Assembly: GCA_030528525.1 (NCBI GenBank)
Contig: JAUMYT010000004.1
Location: 68,407-132,406, forward strand
Reading direction: 5' to 3'
Length of the DNA: 64,000 nucleotides
Origin: Pasteurellaceae bacterium
GTDB lineage: Bacteria; Pseudomonadota; Gammaproteobacteria; Enterobacterales; Pasteurellaceae
Shown here one piece after another: positions 32,546 to 40,010 of the stretch. A program made the position numbers and the translations under genes. The stretch's first letter is position 1. Every line of letters begins with the position of its first letter. The notes below the pieces were generated by a model. It worked only from the letters and a program-made list of their open reading frames with translations, had not been told where the DNA came from and searched no databases.

Positions 32546-33277
32546 TTAAATGAATTTAATACAATCTAACTCTTCTAGATAAATCTTATATAACTCCATA
32601 AATATCTTATCAATAAGAATCAATAGTGAGAACCATATAAAATAATTCTCATACGGATAATCTTCTTTTACTAGTGTATTCAATGATGGTAAGTTCTGCT
32701 GATAAGATCTTGTATTGTGAGCAATTCTATTTCTATTTTTATAGAAACTATCTTCATACTGTTGTTTTAAGTGTTCACCTAGAATATTCTTACAATCAAT
32801 CGCAAAGTAAGATTCCTTAATTGTTTTCCAATAATCTAAATAGGTTGTATAGCCTCTTTGAGACCAATAATAAAAAAGGCTATTCTCGACAGTATTACTG
32901 ATATTGCTATAAGATAATATCTCCTTTTTTAGTTTATTAAAGGTGTTTACAAAATCAAAATTAGGTGATGTTATTTTAATTTGTTCTATAAGGAATTTAT
33001 ATACATCATTTTTATCCTTATACTGTGAGCAACCAGATTTAGACAGGTTGTTATTTAAGAATGTATATCTAAAATTATGGTTGTTGTTTGCCATTTCCCA
33101 TAGGATACATTTTATTTTCTGTTCTTGTGCTCCAGCCATTTTAATAAGAATAGACTGCAGTATATAATCTGATAAGGGATGGGTTTCAATGCCATGTTTT
33201 ATATTTTTAACCGATGATACTCCCTCATTCAGGATATCTGAAACAGGGGATAATATAAATTTAATATTTTGGTTCAT
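32546..33277 (-). CDS. Hypothetical protein with HEPN-like Rx4H motif (RNRIAHN), possible Abi_2/AbiD-like; in low-GC island
   Basis: 243 aa ORF, about 25-30% GC by hand count on samples; motif ...YKNRNRIAHNTRSY...; 17-nt overlap with upstream DUF262 gene. Confidence 0.6.
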   Translation of the reverse strand: MNQNIKFILSPVSDILNEGVSSVKNIKHGIETHPLSDYILQSILIKMAGAQEQKIKCILWEMANNNHNFRYTFLNNNLSKSGCSQYKDKNDVYKFLIEQIKITSPNFDFVNTFNKLKKEILSYSNISNTVENSLFYYWSQRGYTTYLDYWKTIKESYFAIDCKNILGEHLKQQYEDSFYKNRNRIAHNTRSYQQNLPSLNTLVKEDYPYENYFIWFSLLILIDKIFMELYKIYLEELDCIKFI

Positions 33278-34487
33278 TTAAATACTCCCCATAAATTTCA
33301 ATTGATCGACTAATTCTCTTTCTAAGGTGTGTAAGCCCATTGGGTGAACGACTATGGCGTTCATCATTTTTCATGTCATTAATACAATTTTCTATTTCGT
33401 TTCTTATTTCATAATTTTTATCATAGTTGATAGAGCAACCATCAAGTAAAATATAATATATAGCCCCAAACAAATACATATCTAAATCAATTATTGATTT
33501 GAATTCTTTATTATCTGCTAACAAAGTAGAAAGATAATTTTTTAAAGCGGACATTCGGATTATATGATTGTTATTTTCGATTAATGGCAGAGAATCTCCA
33601 AATTTACTATGTTCTTTCTCTGATTCTTCATTTTGCTCTGAGCAGCAAGAGATCACAGAATATATATACTCTTCGTAGTATTTCTCCATTTGAGATTTTT
33701 GACCTCTAGCAACCTTTTTAATATCATTACAATATTTATATTCGGATAACAACGACAAATATCGAATAAAGTCCGCTTTGCTTGGGTTACCATTAATGGT
33801 TAACTTATATTCTTTAGTAAATTCTGGATCAAAAAATGGTTGTAAATCCTCAACTAAATAATAAAGAGAAGCCCTGCTTTCTTGTGGAAGTAAAGGTTTT
33901 CCTTGGATATTTATTTCTTTAAAAACAGAAGCATAATATTTTTGGTGTGCTTTTTGATCGTTATTATCTGGAACTAAATAGCAAAAGCCTAAATAATGCT
34001 TGTCGAAAAAATCATCCTCTAGTTGTAATGATAATTCTTTATATTCTTTTCCTATCTTCGTGATAATTTGCTCTTTTGTTTTCCCTTTTTCCTGCAACAC
34101 CGCAAAACGCCATTCTAGGATATTATCGATCCTATCGTCAGGATCGTCATTTTCATCAATTGTACTGTCGTATAGTTCTATATTATCTGATGATTTCTTA
34201 AAACGTTCTTTATCAGGAAATATACCCAAATAAGCGAGTAAGATACTGGTAAGTCTTTGCTGACCGTCGATAATAAGATTGACATTTTCTCCAGATTCAT
34301 CTCTGAATGAGCCAATCGTGACAGGAGGGATAAAATGCTCTTTTCTAAAGGAGTTTATTAATGTGCTCACTTTGGGTTCATCCCATACAAAATATCGCTG
34401 ATATTTGGGTAATAATAAATTTTTTGATAAAATTAGATCGAGCCAATGTTTTAGAGAATATTCTCCATAATAAACTTTATTTCCCAT
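33261..34487 (-). CDS. DUF262 (ParB/Srx-like, GmrS-type N-terminal domain) protein without DUF1524 HNH domain; in low-GC island
   Basis: 408 aa; KYQRYFVWDEPKVSTLINS...NLIIDGQQRLTSILLAYLG matches the DUF262 DGQQR signature; C-terminal 170 aa unassigned. Confidence 0.7.
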   Translation of the reverse strand: MGNKVYYGEYSLKHWLDLILSKNLLLPKYQRYFVWDEPKVSTLINSFRKEHFIPPVTIGSFRDESGENVNLIIDGQQRLTSILLAYLGIFPDKERFKKSSDNIELYDSTIDENDDPDDRIDNILEWRFAVLQEKGKTKEQIITKIGKEYKELSLQLEDDFFDKHYLGFCYLVPDNNDQKAHQKYYASVFKEINIQGKPLLPQESRASLYYLVEDLQPFFDPEFTKEYKLTINGNPSKADFIRYLSLLSEYKYCNDIKKVARGQKSQMEKYYEEYIYSVISCCSEQNEESEKEHSKFGDSLPLIENNNHIIRMSALKNYLSTLLADNKEFKSIIDLDMYLFGAIYYILLDGCSINYDKNYEIRNEIENCINDMKNDERHSRSPNGLTHLRKRISRSIEIYGEYLNEPKY

Positions 34488-34744
34488 AAAATGCCTCTTG
34501 CACTGATGTTGTCATATTATGTTCTTCACTCACAATGAGAACTCTATTTTTTCATTACTTTCTCAACTCTATTATCCTCTAGTTTATTCCAACATGCTTT
34601 TCTCCATACTACTCTCTTTGGGAATTAAAGGTACACAGACGGCTAAAAGAGACACTATAGGTGCGACAGCATAGTGTTGAGCGAGTAGTGAATGGTGAAT
34701 TATTGTTTATAAAGCAAACAGTGACAACTTTCGGATTTTCAATT

Positions 34745-34760
34745 TGTGAGGCTGATCACA
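34745..34760. promoter_or_regulatory. Consensus CRP binding site
   Basis: aattTGTGAggctgaTCACAaatt: perfect TGTGA-N6-TCACA. Confidence 0.6.
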
Positions 34761-34788
34761 AATTAATATAGACTTAATTACGTGAAGA

Positions 34789-34822
34789 GGAAAAAAAATG
34801 GCTAGCCTTTTGGCTAGCCATT
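34789..34822 (-). terminator. Rho-independent terminator of dppA paralog
   Basis: Minus strand AATGGCTAGCC-aaaa-GGCTAGCCATT followed by TTTTTTTT. Confidence 0.75.
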
Positions 34823-34844
34823 TTCGTGCTATGAGAAGTTTGGA

Positions 34845-36440
34845 TTAATCGGTTAACTTCGTACCATAGAAATACGAGTAGCCGAATGGGCTTTGTTTGT
34901 AATCCTGTACACGTTTGCTGGTTGGGGCAAAGTTGATCGAGTGAGCCACGTTGATCCACGGGGATTGCTCTTTGATAATCACTTGAGCTTGCTCGTAGAG
35001 TTTGGCTCGCTCGCCTTTATCAGACAAGCCAATCGCTTTCGCTAATAACGCATCTAAATCCGCATTTTTGAAACGTGCGTAGTTGCTGTTGCCGATGTTA
35101 TCGCTGCCTAATAATGGCGATAAGAAGTTATCAGGATCACCATTGTCGCCTGACCAGCCGTAAGTCCCTGCGGTCAATTCACCTGCCTTGGTGCGTTTGA
35201 TGTAATCGCCCCATTCATAGCTAACCAGTTTGGTTCTTACGCCCACTTTTTCCCAGTCTGCTTGAACTAATTCCGCCATACGGCGTGGGTTCGGGTTAGA
35301 CGCACGCACCACAGGTTGCACCCAAATGTCCGTTTCAAAACCGTTTTCAAAACCCGCTTCTTTCAATAATTCCTTGGCTTTTTCTGGATTGTATTCGTAG
35401 TCGGTAATGCTGTCGTTATAGCCCCAAATTGTTGGTGGCAATGGGTTTTTCGCTTGCACGCCTGCACCACGATAAACCGCTTCTAAAATTGCTTTTTTGT
35501 CTACCGCATAGTTCAACGCTTGACGCACTTTTACGTTATCAAACGGGGCTTTTTCGGTGTTGAATGCGATATAAGCAATGTTCAACCCTGGCTGTGAAAG
35601 CAAGTTCACTTTCGGGTCGGTTTTCATTTTGTCTAAATCGGCTGCATTCGGGAAGTCCATCATATCGCACGCCCCTGCTTGCAATTTCGCATAACGAGCG
35701 GTGGCATCTGGCACGATGTCGAAGATCAAACGATCAATATCCGCTTTACCGTTCCAGTAGTCTTTGTTAGCTAAGAAACGAATTTTTTGATCTAACTGAT
35801 AACCTGCAAACACGAATGGGCCTGTACCGATTGGGGTGGTGTCCACTGTTTCAGGTTTGCCTTCGGCTAACATTTTGTCGGCATACTCGGCAGAGTAGAT
35901 CGAGATGAAGTCCATCCCCAAGCTTGACAAGAACGTTGAATCTTGACGATTTAAAGTAATTTTCACCGTGTGATCGTCCACTTTTTCCACCGATTTCAAC
36001 AAGGTTGGGAATTTCATCGCCTTGAAGTACGGGTAGGTTGCTTTCGACACATTGTGGTATGGGTGGTTTGGATCTAACTGGCGTTGGAACGAGAATACCA
36101 CATCGTCCGCATTGAAATCACGGCTCGGCTTGTAATCTTTGGTGGTGTGGAATTTCACGCCTTTGCGTAAATTGAAGGTGTAAGTTAAACCATCTTCGCT
36201 CACCGTCCAACTTTCTGCCAATGCAGGCTCGATTTCCGTTGAACCACGTTTGAATTCGACCAAACGGTTATAAACTTGTTGCGAGCTGGCGTTATAAGAA
36301 ATCCCGTCCATCACTAACGCAGGGCTGAAGCCTGTTGGCGAACGACTCACGCAGTTGATAAAAGTTTTATCCGCTGCTTGGGCGAAACCTGAAACGAGTA
36401 AACTCGCCGCAATCAATGAGAATTTAGTCTGTAATTTCAT
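34845..36440 (-). CDS. ABC transporter substrate-binding protein, family 5 (orphan DppA/HbpA-like paralog)
   Basis: 531 aa with signal peptide; extensive similarity to dppA at 40011; no permease or ATPase genes adjacent. Confidence 0.8.
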   Translation of the reverse strand: MKLQTKFSLIAASLLVSGFAQAADKTFINCVSRSPTGFSPALVMDGISYNASSQQVYNRLVEFKRGSTEIEPALAESWTVSEDGLTYTFNLRKGVKFHTTKDYKPSRDFNADDVVFSFQRQLDPNHPYHNVSKATYPYFKAMKFPTLLKSVEKVDDHTVKITLNRQDSTFLSSLGMDFISIYSAEYADKMLAEGKPETVDTTPIGTGPFVFAGYQLDQKIRFLANKDYWNGKADIDRLIFDIVPDATARYAKLQAGACDMMDFPNAADLDKMKTDPKVNLLSQPGLNIAYIAFNTEKAPFDNVKVRQALNYAVDKKAILEAVYRGAGVQAKNPLPPTIWGYNDSITDYEYNPEKAKELLKEAGFENGFETDIWVQPVVRASNPNPRRMAELVQADWEKVGVRTKLVSYEWGDYIKRTKAGELTAGTYGWSGDNGDPDNFLSPLLGSDNIGNSNYARFKNADLDALLAKAIGLSDKGERAKLYEQAQVIIKEQSPWINVAHSINFAPTSKRVQDYKQSPFGYSYFYGTKLTD

Positions 36441-36551
36441 TGGATCTCCTATTGGATATGAATAAAAATGAGTGTTTCTTGTACAAGATAACGATATTTA
36501 CGTCAAAGGTAAAGTACAAATTTTTGTGTGATATAACCAAAAGCTATATAC

Positions 36552-36585
36552 AAGGGGGTGAGTTCAGCACACTTTTTGTAAAAAT
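36552..36585. repeat. Family A repeat
   Basis: caagggggtgagttcagcacactttttgtaaaaa. Confidence 0.65.
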
Positions 36586-36629
36586 ATGACGCATAGAAGA
36601 ACTTCCCCCCAATCACTCCTCAACAAAAA

Positions 36630-37961
36630 TTAAATCAAAATATTCGCCAAGAAAATCCCCACACAGCAAGCAGTAACGACGCCGATCAAACCAGGCACCA
36701 TAAAGCTGTGGTTGAAGTAGAATTTGCCGATTTTGGTGGTGCCTGTTACGTCAAAGTTTACGGTGGCAATGTCTGACGGATAGTTCGGAATGAAGAAGTA
36801 GCCGTAAGTCGCTGGCAATAAACCGATCAATAACGGAGCAGGCAAACCTAAAGCTAACCCCACAGGCAAGAGCATTTTGGCGGTTGCCGCTTGGCTGTTG
36901 ATAACCACAGACACCGCAAACAAGGCAAAGGCGAATGTCCACGGATAGGCATTAACCATATCGGTGATGCCTGCTTTAAAGGACGGCATTGCGAATTTGA
37001 AGTAAGTGTCGCTCATCCACGCAATCCCGAAAATCGCAATGGCTGCCACCATTCCTGACTTAAACACCACGCCATTCGGCACTTTTTGCACATCGGTTTT
37101 AGTCGCTAATAAGATGATACCGCCAAACGCCAACATCACCATTTGAATGATCACACTCATTGCGATCGGTTTTGGAGCATCGCCAATGGTGCGAACTTCT
37201 GGGTATTTCGCAATCAAAATAATCACGACAAGGGCAAGCAAGAACAGCAACACCGAATTTTTCGCCGAAGCGGGTAATTTCTCATCTAATGAAGTTGCGG
37301 TGGTATTCGCAATGCGTTCTTTCCACATTGGATCTTGCAAACGGCGTTGATATTCAGGATCGTCCGCCAACTCTTTGCCCCGTTTCAAGCTATACAATGA
37401 AAGAGCAACCGTCCCTAAGAATGTGGCAGGAATCGTGACCATCACAATGCTAATCAGACTCAAACTTTCAAAGCCAGGTAATTTGACCATTTCGCTTAAA
37501 TAGTAAACTACCGCCGCAGAAATTGGGCTACCAGTGATCCCCAACTGCGAAGCGACAGATGCCGCCGCCATTGGGCGTTCTGGACGGATTTGATTTTTCA
37601 ACGCCACATCGCCAATAATCGGCATAATCGAATACACAGCGTGCCCTGTACCGAGCATTAAGGTCATCATATAAGTGACTAACGGCCCGAGTAAGGTTAC
37701 CCGTTTTGGATTGCTCCGCAAAATGCGTTCTGCGATTTGGAGCATAAATTTCAAACCGCCAGCGGCTTCCAACACGGAGGCACAAGTGACCACGGCAATG
37801 ATGATCAACATCACATCAATCGGTGGCGAAGTCGGTGGCATACGCAAAATAAACACTTCCACCACCAAGCCAATGCCAGAGACCACCCCTAAACCCACAC
37901 CGCCAAAACGGCTACCTGCGTAGAGGAACGCCAGTAACAGTAAAAACTCAAAATAGAGCAT
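36630..37961 (-). CDS. dcuB: anaerobic C4-dicarboxylate transporter (DcuA/DcuB family)
   Basis: 443 aa; aligns along full length with E. coli DcuB in memory. Confidence 0.85.
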   Translation of the reverse strand: MLYFEFLLLLAFLYAGSRFGGVGLGVVSGIGLVVEVFILRMPPTSPPIDVMLIIIAVVTCASVLEAAGGLKFMLQIAERILRSNPKRVTLLGPLVTYMMTLMLGTGHAVYSIMPIIGDVALKNQIRPERPMAAASVASQLGITGSPISAAVVYYLSEMVKLPGFESLSLISIVMVTIPATFLGTVALSLYSLKRGKELADDPEYQRRLQDPMWKERIANTTATSLDEKLPASAKNSVLLFLLALVVIILIAKYPEVRTIGDAPKPIAMSVIIQMVMLAFGGIILLATKTDVQKVPNGVVFKSGMVAAIAIFGIAWMSDTYFKFAMPSFKAGITDMVNAYPWTFAFALFAVSVVINSQAATAKMLLPVGLALGLPAPLLIGLLPATYGYFFIPNYPSDIATVNFDVTGTTKIGKFYFNHSFMVPGLIGVVTACCVGIFLANILI

Positions 37962-38078
37962 AACGATTTCCTTCCATTAAAAAATAAAACCTCCTTATTG
38001 TACGCCATTTGATCAATGTAAATTTTATCTAGGTCAAACAATCGCGGATTAATCCCAAATTTTTGTTTTTCATCACAA

Positions 38079-38112
38079 CAAGGGGGTGAGAAAGAGAGCG
38101 TTTTTGCAAAAA
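38079..38112. repeat. Family A repeat
   Basis: caagggggtgagaaagagagcgtttttgcaaaaa. Confidence 0.7.
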
Positions 38113-38230
38113 TATCCATTCAGATGAGAATTTTTTAGTCAATGTAAAATATTGCAAAATTCTTAAAGAAACCGTTTGCATTTTTATGTTGGCTCAGTTA
38201 TAGTCTCGTCCATTCATTTTAGGAGTTCTT

Positions 38231-38275
38231 ATGTTTACTTTTGCTATCCATCATCATCACCATTTCCCTGAATAA
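38231..38275 (+). CDS. His-rich leader peptide MFTFAIHHHHHFPE
   Basis: AGGAG RBS 5 nt upstream; five consecutive His codons; followed by hairpins and terminator before transporter gene. Confidence 0.6.
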   Translation: MFTFAIHHHHHFPE

Positions 38276-38362
38276 TCTTTCGGGCATTTGGCGTGTTCGG
38301 AAGAACTTCCGAACAATCGAAATGTGATAAATGATAGCAAATTAAGCATAAACCATTTCAAA

Positions 38363-38405
38363 CCCCTTCGGAAGTCCAAACTTTCGAAGGGGTTTTCTTT
38401 TTCAT
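38363..38405 (+). terminator. Attenuator terminator
   Basis: CCCTTCGGAAGT-ccaa-ACTTTCGAAGGG followed by GTTTTCTTTTTC; upstream CTTCCGAA can alternatively pair with the 5' arm. Confidence 0.65.
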
Positions 38406-38436
38406 TTTAAATTTCATCTTACAGGAGAAAAAAACG

Positions 38437-39825
38437 ATGCTATTGGCAAATGAAGTCGTCATCTCAATTATCGTGTTGCTCGCATTAAGTTTAATGCGAA
38501 TCAATGTGGTAATTGCGTTGATCATCGCCGCACTCACTTGCGGTATTTTGGGTAACTACGGTAATGTGGTTGAAGGCAATACCGTTGGGCTGGCAGATGC
38601 CTTGTCGGCTACGGTAAAAAGTTTCACGGGCGGTTTAGGCGGTGGGGCCGAAACGGCGATGAACTATGCGGTACTCGGGGCATTCGCTGTGGCGTTATCC
38701 AAATCAGGTGTGACTGATCTGTTGGCGTACAAAGTGATCCAAGCCTTTGGCAAACGCCCGTCAGGTCGTTCGATGTTTTGGTTTAAATACACGGTGCTGT
38801 TTGTGTTGGTGGCGTTCTCAATGTCGTCACAGAACTTGATCCCTGTACACATTGCATTTATTCCAATCGTGGTTCCACCGTTGTTGAGCGTATTTAACCA
38901 ACTCAAAATCGACCGCCGTGCTGTCGCCTGTGCCTTAACTTTCGGTTTAACGGCGACTTATATGTTGATTCCAGCAGGCTTCGGGCAGATCTTTATTGAG
39001 AGCATTTTGGTTAAAAACATCAACCAAGCTGGACAAGAATTCGGCTTAGCAACCGATGTGGCAGGTGTCACCAAAGCCATGGCAGTGCCTGTCATTGGCA
39101 TGATTTTGGGTTTACTTACGGCGATTTTTATCAGCTATCGCAAGCCTCGTCAGTACGCAACGAACAGCACTGTTCAAGTAGACGATTTAGAAAGCCGTGT
39201 GGCAGGTGTGACCAAATTTAACATTGGCGTGAGCGTACTGGCGATTGTCGCAACCGGTTTTGTGCAATTAGCAACTAACTCGACCATTCTTGGCGGTTTA
39301 ATCGGCTTGGTGATCTTCGCTTTGGGTGGCGTATTCAAACTCAAACAATCCAACGACATTTTCCAAGACGGCTTGCGTTTAATGGCAATGATCGGTTTTG
39401 TAATGATTGCCGCATCAGGCTACGCCAGCGTAGTGAAATCCACAGGCGGCGTAGTGGAATTGGTTGAAAGCATCAAAGGAGCAATCAGCTCAAAAGAGAT
39501 GGCAGCGTTCTTGATGTTATTGGTCGGCTTGTTCATCACAATGGGCATTGGCTCATCCTTCTCAACTGTGCCAATTATCGCCACCATTTATGTGCCACTG
39601 TGTATGTCGTTTGGCTTCTCACCACTTGCGACCATTGCGATTGTAGGCGTTGCTGCTGCCCTTGGCGATGCAGGTTCACCAGCCTCTGACTCAACTCTTG
39701 GGCCAACATCTGGTTTGAATGCAGACGGCAAACACGACCACATTTGGGATTCTGTTGTACCTACCTTCTTACACTATAACATTCCGTTGTTAGTCTTTGG
39801 TTGGGTTGCGGCAATGGTGTTATAA
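38437..39825 (+). CDS. NhaC-family transporter (YuiF/HutT-like, putative histidine importer)
   Basis: 462 aa polytopic membrane protein; preceded by His-codon leader and attenuator. Confidence 0.75.
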   Translation: MLLANEVVISIIVLLALSLMRINVVIALIIAALTCGILGNYGNVVEGNTVGLADALSATVKSFTGGLGGGAETAMNYAVLGAFAVALSKSGVTDLLAYKVIQAFGKRPSGRSMFWFKYTVLFVLVAFSMSSQNLIPVHIAFIPIVVPPLLSVFNQLKIDRRAVACALTFGLTATYMLIPAGFGQIFIESILVKNINQAGQEFGLATDVAGVTKAMAVPVIGMILGLLTAIFISYRKPRQYATNSTVQVDDLESRVAGVTKFNIGVSVLAIVATGFVQLATNSTILGGLIGLVIFALGGVFKLKQSNDIFQDGLRLMAMIGFVMIAASGYASVVKSTGGVVELVESIKGAISSKEMAAFLMLLVGLFITMGIGSSFSTVPIIATIYVPLCMSFGFSPLATIAIVGVAAALGDAGSPASDSTLGPTSGLNADGKHDHIWDSVVPTFLHYNIPLLVFGWVAAMVL

Positions 39826-39837
39826 GTCTAACGCCGA

Positions 39838-39890
39838 CAAGGGGGTAAGAAAACCCAACTTTTTATAAAACATAGGGGAAATATCCCCCT
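39838..39890. repeat. Family A repeat (complete palindromic form)
   Basis: caagggggtaagaaaacccaactttttataaaacataggggaaatatccccct. Confidence 0.75.
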
Positions 39891-40010
39891 TAGCCGAAAA
39901 AAATGATTGCAACTCATCAAAAAATCGGTATATTCCAAAACTGTCTTATTTTCTAAACAATTGTAACATTTTAATAACAACACAACATTTCAACTCAACA
40001 GGAGTGAACT

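Noticed and set aside
32440-34800. Integrase, transposase or tRNA flank for the low-GC island
   Set aside because: I looked for these and found none. The island boundaries are plain intergenic hairpins. It is therefore described as an insertion of unknown mechanism rather than as a mobile element.
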